Positions 8,602 to 16,719 of a DNA stretch of 64,000 bases are shown here, piece after piece (position 1 is the stretch's first letter; each line of letters begins with the position of its first letter). A model generated the notes under the pieces. It was not told the origin of the DNA. It worked only from the letters and a program-made list of their open reading frames with translations, and did not search any database. The DNA comes from a virus: IMG/VR virus record IMGVR_UViG_3300025274_001348, positions 20,543 to 84,542 of that record. The stretch is one strand, 5' to 3'. The position numbers and the translations under genes are program-made.

Positions 8602-10373
8602 TAGGATGTATTGGAACAGATACTATAGACACAGTAATCACAGGCATGAGGCGAATGGAATACCGTGGCTATGATAGCTATGGATTCTGTGCCTTCAAAA
8701 ATGATTCCAAATTTCTCTACAAAGATGTTGGGCTGGTATCTAGAAATACAAATCTCAATGGCTATTCCCATGCACTAAGGGGCTATACTTCTGCAATAGG
8801 TCATACCAGATGGGCAACTCATGGCGAGGTCACAAAAGAAAATGCTCATCCACAGTATGACGAACAAGAAACTATATTTGTTGTTCACAATGGTACGGTA
8901 GATAATTCTCCATCTGATATGTTGGATACGCAGTATATAGTTCAGCAATTAAAACTACGCCTTACCAAACACTGGATGACCGTCAAAAGCCCAGACCGTT
9001 TTACAGAACCCCTGCGAGAACAAGTCCCACTAACACCAGAAGACTATCTTCTCACGGTCAATGCAGTAACACAAAAACTAGAAGGTGATAATGCATTCCT
9101 AGTGTCCTTCTCAAGCCTGCCAGATTATATTTTCTGTGCCACCAAAGGCTCTAAGTCACTGTTAGTTACAGATAATGGACACGTTAGCAGCGATTCGTAT
9201 GCGATATCGGGCAAGGCGAAAGAGGCTCGAAGAATTAAGAACTCTGTGGTGTGCTTATCTTCCAAGGGGATAATATCTAGTGTGAAACCGTTTAGCTCAT
9301 CTGCGAAGATAGAAACAGTGCCAGAGCAACAGGAACATAAATTATCTGAGCCTCACTTCATGCTGCAAGAGATTAAAGAACAATACTCTCTTATGGAGGA
9401 TATGGGTAATTATCCTATGTACCATCCTCCGTTTCGGCCAGAGAGATTAAACCTGATTGGGTGTGGAAGTAGCTACTATGCAGCTATGTGGGCAAAGGTT
9501 TGGTTTGAGACGATTGCAAGGATTCCCACTACCGTAACTTATGGAAGTGAAGCCTTCAATCTCACTCTTAAAGACCCAAACGCAACCGACATCTACATAA
9601 GCCAAAGCGGAGAAACTAAAGATATTATTCGTGCATCCCGTGATGCTAAGTCAGACAGCGTTTTTGTAGTTACAAACAATATTAATTCCCACCTAGGAAA
9701 TTCTTTCTTTCACACAATTGATATTGGCGCAAACATTGAACGAGGAGTTGCCGCTACTAAAACCTTTACTCTAACCTGTTATGCGCTATGGGAGCTTGCT
9801 TGGCACTGGTCATCTGAATCTGAAGAAAACGAACTTAAAGTGTTAGACTACCAAGACGCCCTAGCCGAAGGAATTAAGCATGTGCTTGATCGTGAACAAA
9901 CCGTAGCGACTATTGCAAAGATGATAGCCCAGTATGACAACGCTCTATTCTTAGGTAGACATTGGGACTACCCAATAGCCTTAGAGGGCGCACTTAAGTT
10001 AAAGGAAGTTAGTTACATTCACGCAGAGGGTATGCCAGCAGCAGAAATGAAGCATGGACCCATCGCCTTGGTGGATGAAAAGACTCCAAGCATATTTACT
10101 GTTACCGGCTCTTTCGACATAGACACAATTATTTCTAACATGAGAGAGGTTAAATCCAGAAACGGAAAAGTGTTTGCTGTTGTTAGTCCTGTAAACTATG
10201 ACAGAGTAAAAGAAGTTGCAGACTGGACTTTCCGAACATGCGATATTCACGGTGTGGCAATGCAGCCACTTGTAGCAAATGTTGTCCTACAGTTACTTGC
10301 GTATCACGTAGCTGTTGAAAAAGGACTTAACCCTGACCGCCCCCGTAACCTAGCCAAGAGTGTAACCGTATAA
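8589..10373 (+). CDS. glmS: Glutamine--fructose-6-phosphate aminotransferase
   Basis: MCGIIG, EYRGYDS, GHTRWATHG, HNG, SQSGET, ALEGALKLKEVSYIHAEG, PRNLAKSVTV. Confidence 0.96.
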   Translation: MCGIIGCIGTDTIDTVITGMRRMEYRGYDSYGFCAFKNDSKFLYKDVGLVSRNTNLNGYSHALRGYTSAIGHTRWATHGEVTKENAHPQYDEQETIFVVHNGTVDNSPSDMLDTQYIVQQLKLRLTKHWMTVKSPDRFTEPLREQVPLTPEDYLLTVNAVTQKLEGDNAFLVSFSSLPDYIFCATKGSKSLLVTDNGHVSSDSYAISGKAKEARRIKNSVVCLSSKGIISSVKPFSSSAKIETVPEQQEHKLSEPHFMLQEIKEQYSLMEDMGNYPMYHPPFRPERLNLIGCGSSYYAAMWAKVWFETIARIPTTVTYGSEAFNLTLKDPNATDIYISQSGETKDIIRASRDAKSDSVFVVTNNINSHLGNSFFHTIDIGANIERGVAATKTFTLTCYALWELAWHWSSESEENELKVLDYQDALAEGIKHVLDREQTVATIAKMIAQYDNALFLGRHWDYPIALEGALKLKEVSYIHAEGMPAAEMKHGPIALVDEKTPSIFTVTGSFDIDTIISNMREVKSRNGKVFAVVSPVNYDRVKEVADWTFRTCDIHGVAMQPLVANVVLQLLAYHVAVEKGLNPDRPRNLAKSVTV

Positions 10374-10630
10374 TGCCTAAATACTATGTAGAGACCGGAA
10401 CCCTGCAAGAAATAGTGGAATCTAATACTCCTTTTGATGCCTGCGTGAGGGCTGTACGCAGGGCTACTAATGAATATCTGGAGGGTGGAGAGAATGTTAC
10501 CTTGGGGGAATCGTTTATTGTTAACCAAAAGGGTTTCCCCTCCAATCGTGAACCCTTCGCTCTTGATACTGCAAATGACACTATGGTGTCTACGAGTCGT
10601 ATTATAGAGGCTCTTGAAGATGGATCTTAA
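10373..10630 (+). CDS. Hypothetical protein
   Basis: TAATG coupling to glmS. Confidence 0.6.
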   Translation: MPKYYVETGTLQEIVESNTPFDACVRAVRRATNEYLEGGENVTLGESFIVNQKGFPSNREPFALDTANDTMVSTSRIIEALEDGS

Positions 10631-10766
10631 CGGCAAAAGAGGCAAATTTGAAAGATGGCTAGATCTTCATAATCATAAGATGGAATTGATGAGAACATCG
10701 TTTTCATTTGTTGCAGCAATCACTGGTATATTGGTATTATTAAAGGTGTTCGGATTTATGGACTAA
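10620..10766 (+). CDS. Small membrane protein (48 aa)
   Basis: MDLNGKRGKFERWLD...SFSFVAAITGILVLLKVFGFMD; one C-terminal TM helix. Confidence 0.5.
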   Translation: MDLNGKRGKFERWLDLHNHKMELMRTSFSFVAAITGILVLLKVFGFMD

Positions 10767-10767
10767 A

Positions 10768-10853
10768 GCCCTGTTGCAGCCGACATGAGCCTTCTAAGCT
10801 CATCCCCTGAATGTGTCGGATGGAGGGGTAGGGTTCGATTCCCCAGCGGGGTA
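10768..10853 (+). tRNA. Atypical D-arm-less tRNA-like RNA, anticodon UCU (Arg)
   Basis: GCCCTGTTG/CAGCGGGGT acceptor, ATGAGC-CTTCTAA-GCTCAT anticodon arm, CCCCT/AGGGG long variable arm, GGG-TTCGATT-CCC T-arm; only 8 nt where the D-arm should be. Confidence 0.7.
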
Positions 10854-10873
10854 CTCATATAAGGAGAGTTAAT

Positions 10874-11290
10874 ATGACAATGGGTGGAAGCGAAAAGAGA
10901 TTAATAGTAGACTGCGACGGAGTTATAGCCGATAAAGACCACGGTGGTATATATGCGAATGCTGGCCCCTTACAGCACGGTATCGACCAAGTAAATAAAC
11001 TGTATGACATGGGATATGAAATCGTACTATATACAGCGAGATATGGAGATCGAGAAAAGGGTAACATAAATAGACAATATGAACGTGGATATGTAGAATG
11101 GGTGAAGTGGCTGAAGGATCACGGTGTTAAATATCACCACGCATTTATGGGCAAGATTGCTGGAGTTCTCTATATAGACGATAAGGCTGCTAGAGTCAAC
11201 AGTGATAGTGAAGACGGGTGGGAAGACGTGTGGAAGGAAATAGATGACCTTACAGACAGAGATAGATACGGGAGGAAAATCGTGTCATGA
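10874..11290 (+). CDS. HAD-superfamily phosphatase (capsule-biosynthesis phosphatase-like)
   Basis: VDCDGVI, YTAR, GK...YIDDKA. Confidence 0.85.
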   Translation: MTMGGSEKRLIVDCDGVIADKDHGGIYANAGPLQHGIDQVNKLYDMGYEIVLYTARYGDREKGNINRQYERGYVEWVKWLKDHGVKYHHAFMGKIAGVLYIDDKAARVNSDSEDGWEDVWKEIDDLTDRDRYGRKIVS

Positions 11291-11787
11291 AACTAGATCA
11301 TATTGCCTACAGGGTAAAAGGTAGACATGAGGCAGCAGAGTTCTTTTATTCGATGTTCGGTTACGAGTTTGGAACCGAATTTGATGTAGAATTTGATGAT
11401 GGCTCCAAGGCCGAATGTTATGTCCTCCTTCCACCAATAAATCCATCTATTTTAGTTCGTGAAGGACCGGAGATATTTATATCTGACGGAAGTCCCGGCT
11501 CAATTGTCGGGGATTGGGTTGAGGCTAGGGGTGGTATTGGTGGTATACATCATATAGCTTATAAGGTAAGAGATATAGACGCTGTTGTTGATGAATGGAA
11601 GAAACAAGGCATTGTCGAGTTTCTTACAGACGATGTAATCGAATGTCCAGACGACGACCTTCGGCAAATTTTTACTAAACCCTTGGAATACGTAGGTGGA
11701 ATAATTATCGAACTGATTGAAAGAGGATCTAAAGGATTCTGTGAAAAGTCAGTTAAGGACTTAATGAATAGCACGAAAGGATTATAA
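11287..11787 (+). CDS. VOC/glyoxalase-fold protein resembling the catalytic C-domain of HPPD
   Basis: LDHIA, GIHHIAY, RQIFTKP, IELIER, KGF (His-His-Glu triad pattern). Confidence 0.75.
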   Translation: MKLDHIAYRVKGRHEAAEFFYSMFGYEFGTEFDVEFDDGSKAECYVLLPPINPSILVREGPEIFISDGSPGSIVGDWVEARGGIGGIHHIAYKVRDIDAVVDEWKKQGIVEFLTDDVIECPDDDLRQIFTKPLEYVGGIIIELIERGSKGFCEKSVKDLMNSTKGL

Positions 11788-13271
11788 TGGGAACTTATAC
11801 GATTACTCAAGGATTACACTATGTCAATGGTCAATGGACCGGAGGAAGCCAACAGGCGGCGTTTGACAGCAAGAATCCAGCAACAAAAGAAATTATAGGA
11901 TCTTTTCCTCAAGCCACTCAGTCAGAAGTTGACTCCACATACCATTTTGCAAGAGATTCTTTTTACGGGTGGAGGGAGTATGGCAGGGTGCGACGAGCCG
12001 AATATTTCCTCAAGCTAGCTAGCCTGATCGAAAAAAGAAAAGATGAAATTGCAAAAATGATCAGCATCGAAACGGGTAAGGTATACAACGAGTCTGTTGC
12101 AGAAGTGAACGAAGCTCTACACATGGCACAATATGCATTTAGTACAGGGAGGATGCCTTATGGTGAAGCAATCGCGTCAGAACTACCTGAAAAAGATGCT
12201 TACATGCTTCGCAAACCAAAGGGTGTGGTCGCAATTGTCGCTCCTTTTAACTTTCCTTTTGCTATTGGTGGTTTTTGGTGTGCCGCACCTGCTTTGGTTG
12301 AGGGAAATACTGTCATACTAAAACCAAGTGAAGATACCCCTTTAGTGGGACAATTAACGGCAGAACTATATCACGAAGCTGGATTTCCACCGGGAGTATT
12401 CAATCTACTTCACGGTGACGGCGAAGTTGGAGATATGTTGATTCATCAGGATGTAGACCATGTATGTTTTACGGGAAGCGCCGATGTGGGCATGCACGTC
12501 AGAAAAGTTTGCGCTGAAAGTTGGCACAAGTCTTGTTCGTGTGAGATGGGTAGTAAGTCTGCTGTAATCATCCACGAAGATGCCAACTATGATATGGCTA
12601 TGGCTGCTTGTCTTGCTAGTGCATATAAACTTTCTGGACAAAGATGTGTGTCTGCCGGTAGGCTAATTGTTCATAGATCTTTATATCACCAGTTTGCAGA
12701 AGAATTTGCTGCTAGAAGTGCAATGCTAAAGACTGGCGATCCGTTTAATGAAAACACTTTCTACGGTCCACTGATAAATCGACAGGGGTTGGACAAGGTT
12801 ATGCACTTCAATAGCATTGTATTTAACGACAAGGACGTAGACGTGCTGCTTGCCGGGGTTAGAATTGTTGAAGACGGATTATTTATGACTCCTACGGTTT
12901 ATAAAACCGAATGGAAAGATGCTCCGTACCTAAAGAATGAAGTGTTTGGGCCTCATGTATCTATTATCCCCTATGATAGAGTTTCAGAAGCTATTAATAT
13001 TTATAACGATACTGATTACGGATTAGCTCTTGGAGTAGTAACCGAAAACTTTAAAGTTGCCAGAAGGGTTCGTAATGAATGTGATTTTGGTCTTGGTTAT
13101 TGGAATGGTGGTAGTATTGCGGCTGAGTCTCATCTTGGATTCGGAGGAGTAAAGAAATCTGGAAATGGGCAACCTAGCGCTGCTCGTACTTTTAGATCTG
13201 TTACTCACGAAGTTGCTTGGACCGTCAATCATGGAGATACTCTTAACTTTCCTCAAGGCATGAACTCTTGA
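11787..13271 (+). CDS. Aldehyde dehydrogenase (candidate P6C/P5C semialdehyde dehydrogenase)
   Basis: PFNFP, KPSEDTP, FTGS, EMGSK, GQRC, EVFGP, FGGVKKSG. Confidence 0.93.
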   Translation: MGTYTITQGLHYVNGQWTGGSQQAAFDSKNPATKEIIGSFPQATQSEVDSTYHFARDSFYGWREYGRVRRAEYFLKLASLIEKRKDEIAKMISIETGKVYNESVAEVNEALHMAQYAFSTGRMPYGEAIASELPEKDAYMLRKPKGVVAIVAPFNFPFAIGGFWCAAPALVEGNTVILKPSEDTPLVGQLTAELYHEAGFPPGVFNLLHGDGEVGDMLIHQDVDHVCFTGSADVGMHVRKVCAESWHKSCSCEMGSKSAVIIHEDANYDMAMAACLASAYKLSGQRCVSAGRLIVHRSLYHQFAEEFAARSAMLKTGDPFNENTFYGPLINRQGLDKVMHFNSIVFNDKDVDVLLAGVRIVEDGLFMTPTVYKTEWKDAPYLKNEVFGPHVSIIPYDRVSEAINIYNDTDYGLALGVVTENFKVARRVRNECDFGLGYWNGGSIAAESHLGFGGVKKSGNGQPSAARTFRSVTHEVAWTVNHGDTLNFPQGMNS

Positions 13272-13272
13272 A

Positions 13273-14076
13273 ATGAATAATATTCTTGTATGTCCACCCA
13301 CCTTTTATGGCGTTAACTATGAAATTAACGCTTGGATGGATGCAAGTATGGATGTTGATTACAAGAAAGCAGATTTACAATGGCTGAAGATGTGCGACAG
13401 GCTTATAAGGTCCGGGGGGTATCTCAAATATATAGATCCTCATTCAGATTATCCAGACATGGTCTTTACTGCTAACGCAGGTTTTGTGCATGGTAAAACT
13501 GTGATATTGTCTAACAATAGACATAAAGAGCGTCAAGGAGAAAGCCCGTTATTTAAGCAATGGTTTCTAGATCACGGGTATAGGGTCATAGAGCTTCCTA
13601 AACACATCTTTTTTGAAGGAGCAGCCGACGCCATATTTATAAACGATGTTTTGTTTATGGGATATGGTTTTAGAACAAGCAAAGAGGCTCATTCAATAAT
13701 TGCAAACGTATTTAATGTCGAATATGTTTCCTGTGAATTAGTTGATCCACATTTTTATCATTTAGACACCTGTTTTTTCCATATGAAGGATAGGGTCATT
13801 TATTACAGAGAAGCCTTCTCTCATAAATCAATTGAAGGAGCCATAGAAAAATTGATAGAAACATGTCTATTTACGCAGGTGCCATTAGACATACTAAACG
13901 TGGCTGAATCTCAAGCTAAACAATTTATATGTAACAGTATAGAAATTGATAATAACATCGTCACTCCTTCTGTTGATTGTGACGATACGTTTGGTAACCA
14001 TAGTGTATTCATGTGTGATATGTCAGAATTTATGAAGGCTGGAGGAGCAACAAAATGTCTAACTCTCAAGCTATAA
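13273..14076 (+). CDS. Amidinotransferase/DDAH-superfamily guanidino hydrolase
   Basis: YEINAWM, PDMVFTANAG, FEGAAD, FYHLDTCF, GGATKCLTL (Cys-His-Asp triad). Confidence 0.9.
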   Translation: MNNILVCPPTFYGVNYEINAWMDASMDVDYKKADLQWLKMCDRLIRSGGYLKYIDPHSDYPDMVFTANAGFVHGKTVILSNNRHKERQGESPLFKQWFLDHGYRVIELPKHIFFEGAADAIFINDVLFMGYGFRTSKEAHSIIANVFNVEYVSCELVDPHFYHLDTCFFHMKDRVIYYREAFSHKSIEGAIEKLIETCLFTQVPLDILNVAESQAKQFICNSIEIDNNIVTPSVDCDDTFGNHSVFMCDMSEFMKAGGATKCLTLKL

Positions 14077-15284
14077 ATACCTTGTCTCAGTACATTCTGA
14101 CCGATGGTTTTCATGTTGTTGTTGACCTAGATAAAAGTCAAGGTTCTTGGATAGTAGATGCTGAAAATGGAAAGAAGTATTTAGACTGTTATTCCCAATT
14201 TGCTAGTCAACCTCTAGGCTGGAATCATCCCGCTCTAATCAACGCCCAAGAGGAACTAGGGCGCGTAGCTATGCACAAGTTGGCAAATAGTGACATGTAT
14301 TCAAAGCCCTATGTTGAATTCGTAGAAAAATTTGCGGACATCACAAGAGATTTTAGACACTACTTTTTTGTTGATGGTGGGACACTAGCGGTAGAAAATG
14401 CATTAAAAGCTGCTTTTGATTGGAAGGCGCAAAAACTAGGATATACAATAGACATGAGTCCCAGCCTAAATGAAGCTCTTGCCAATAAACTTGATGTTAT
14501 ACATTTTAGCAATGCTTTTCACGGAAGAAGCGGATATTCAATGTCTATTACAAATACAGATCCTAATAAAACCAGATGGTTTCCATCCTTTAATTGGACC
14601 CCTGTTAATGACCCGTCTGATATAGAGCATAAAATGCACGGTGATGTAGCGGCAATAATTATAGAGCCGATACAAGGTGAAGGAGGAGATATACACTTTA
14701 ACAGAGCGGCGTTCCGGCACCTTAGAAAAATGGCATATAAGTATGACGCAATGTTAATATTTGACGAAGTTCAAACCGGGTTAGGACTTACAGGAAAAAT
14801 GTGGGGGTACAAACATTTTAGTGGCGTAATGCCTGATATGATTTGTTTTGGTAAGAAGACTCAGGTGTGTGGCTTTTGTTGCACAAATAGAATCAATGAA
14901 GTTCCCGACAACGTATTCACCGTCTCCTCCAGAATTAACTCTACATGGGGAGGAAATATTGTGGACATGGTTAGATTCTGCCATATCATAGATGCAATAG
15001 AAGAAAATAATCTTGTAGAGAATGCAAAAACTATAGGTGAATACCTCCTCGGAAAGTTGGTTATTGTAGATGGCATTTCAAACGTCAGAGGCAGAGGCTT
15101 AATGATAGCCTTTGATTTGTCTAACGAATCAGAACGAGACAAAATGATGGAATTGCTATCCGAAAATATGTTGGTTCTAAAATGTGGCAAGAAATCTATA
15201 AGACTAAGACCTCATCTTACATTCTCAAAAGAGGATGCTGATTTTGCCCATTCCTACATAGAGAAAGCGGCGGGGGAACTATGA
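14055..15284 (+). CDS. lat: L-lysine 6-aminotransferase (class III PLP)
   Basis: FFVDGGTLAVENALKAAFDWK, AFHGRSGY, EPIQGEGGD, DEVQTG, FGKKTQVCG, RINSTWGG, all characteristic of Lat. Confidence 0.9.
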   Translation: MSNSQAINTLSQYILTDGFHVVVDLDKSQGSWIVDAENGKKYLDCYSQFASQPLGWNHPALINAQEELGRVAMHKLANSDMYSKPYVEFVEKFADITRDFRHYFFVDGGTLAVENALKAAFDWKAQKLGYTIDMSPSLNEALANKLDVIHFSNAFHGRSGYSMSITNTDPNKTRWFPSFNWTPVNDPSDIEHKMHGDVAAIIIEPIQGEGGDIHFNRAAFRHLRKMAYKYDAMLIFDEVQTGLGLTGKMWGYKHFSGVMPDMICFGKKTQVCGFCCTNRINEVPDNVFTVSSRINSTWGGNIVDMVRFCHIIDAIEENNLVENAKTIGEYLLGKLVIVDGISNVRGRGLMIAFDLSNESERDKMMELLSENMLVLKCGKKSIRLRPHLTFSKEDADFAHSYIEKAAGEL

Positions 15285-16123
15285 ACATTCAAACCGTGGG
15301 AATCATTGGTCAGGGATTTGTAGGAAGCGCATTGGGTTGCGCCTTTGCTCAACATTATAAGGTGTATACTTACGATAAAATGCTTACAGATCTATCCACA
15401 CATAAAAGCGTGCATGGGCTGTCCAGAGATTGCGATTTGCTTTTTGTCTGTGTCCCAACCCCAATGAGGGAAGATGGGTCTTGCGATATCTCAATAGTCA
15501 AAGAAGTTGTTCAAGAAGCCTGTAGCACCGGAAGAAGAAACATAATTGCCATTAAATCCACGGTCCCTCCTAATACTACTAAGACGTTACAAGAGCTATG
15601 TCAAGATTCTCAAATAGTTTTTAACCCGGAGTTTCTACTTGAAAGAAACGCTGAAGAAGATTTTCGCAACACTAGTCGAGTCATTTTAGGTGGCCCTAGA
15701 CCAGCAACAACTAGGCTGAAACAATTCTATTCAAAAATCTTTCCTAATGCCCATATCATAAAAACCGACTCCACTATAGCAGAGATGGTTAAGTATCTTA
15801 CTAATTCATTTCTTGCGGTTAAAGTTTCATTCGCTAATGAAATGTACGCCATCTGCAAAAATCTAGATATAGACTACGACAAGGTAGCTGAATATGCCTT
15901 GCACGATGACCGTCTAGGAAATACACACTGGGCCGTTCCCGGTCCCGATGGTCACTATGGATTTGGAGGAAGCTGTTTTCCAAAAGATATAAATGCGTTA
16001 ATGCATCTCGCACAAACTCTGTGTATAAAAGCCAACACAATAGAAGGAGCTTGGAACACTAATCTCATGGCTAGGCCAGAGAAGGACTGGGAAACTCTCA
16101 AAGGTAGGGCAGTAATCGAGTAA
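15281..16123 (+). CDS. UDP-glucose/GDP-mannose dehydrogenase family (no C-terminal domain)
   Basis: GIIGQGFVG, CVPTP, KSTVPP, FNPEFL, AEMVKY, GFGGSCFPKD; only 280 aa. Confidence 0.88.
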   Translation: MNIQTVGIIGQGFVGSALGCAFAQHYKVYTYDKMLTDLSTHKSVHGLSRDCDLLFVCVPTPMREDGSCDISIVKEVVQEACSTGRRNIIAIKSTVPPNTTKTLQELCQDSQIVFNPEFLLERNAEEDFRNTSRVILGGPRPATTRLKQFYSKIFPNAHIIKTDSTIAEMVKYLTNSFLAVKVSFANEMYAICKNLDIDYDKVAEYALHDDRLGNTHWAVPGPDGHYGFGGSCFPKDINALMHLAQTLCIKANTIEGAWNTNLMARPEKDWETLKGRAVIE

Positions 16124-16153
16124 CGTGAAGCAAAAAGGTAGAAAGGTTTACAA

Positions 16154-16645
16154 ATGCCTACAAGCGTCGAAGAAGCCAACAGTATTATGGAAATAATGGA
16201 TGATTTTCTGGATGCAGATGACGCCAGAGAATTAACAGCAAGACTTGAGCATGAAATTGGTCAAAGTACTGATAATGATTCACTAAAAACTAGTCTTGAA
16301 ATGCTGAAGGAGCTTTACAAGGATAGAACCGGAAGTAGAAAAAAAGACCTTTATAAGAAGACGTGTCTTTATTCGTTAGTAGCTTTCCATTCCTTTGTTA
16401 TCACGGTAAATATTATTGCCTTTTTTGTTTTACCGTTCCTGTATCCGTTGTTAGTATGGATGCCTCTCAACAGTTTTATCCTTACAGTTACATTCACTAG
16501 GGAGATATGTCCGTTAACCAGATTAGAGAACTATATCAGAACCTCTCTTGATATGCCAAGAATAGGTGGGTTTCTTGGTCACTATGGAGTTAGGCCGGTG
16601 AAAAACTTTTTAAAAAATAGGCCAAACGGGCCAAAGAGTTCTTGA
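16154..16645 (+). CDS. Membrane protein (C-terminal CPLTRLEN motif, DUF2784-like)
   Basis: Two hydrophobic helices followed by ICPLTRLENYIR. Confidence 0.6.
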   Translation: MPTSVEEANSIMEIMDDFLDADDARELTARLEHEIGQSTDNDSLKTSLEMLKELYKDRTGSRKKDLYKKTCLYSLVAFHSFVITVNIIAFFVLPFLYPLLVWMPLNSFILTVTFTREICPLTRLENYIRTSLDMPRIGGFLGHYGVRPVKNFLKNRPNGPKSS

Positions 16646-16670
16646 CTTTCCCACAAACCTGTGCTAAAAT
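16642..16670 (+). promoter_or_regulatory. Sigma70-type (early) promoter for the rII operon
   Basis: TTGACT-17 nt-TAAAAT with extended TG. Confidence 0.75.
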
Positions 16671-16719
16671 TGATTAGAGAGTTTGAAAAAATCGTTTTCT
16701 TTGGTTGAGGGTTGATGAA

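Noticed and set aside
10768-10853. tRNA-Sec or intron-containing tRNA
   Set aside because: The anticodon is TCT, not TCA; there is no D-stem and no selA/B/D; the extra sequence lies in the variable arm, not at an intron position
57-16123. Cellular chromosome fragment (many metabolic genes)
   Set aside because: The metabolic genes are isolated pathway pieces interleaved with short phage-type ORFs and a phage sigma, on the same strand and with similar composition to the phage core
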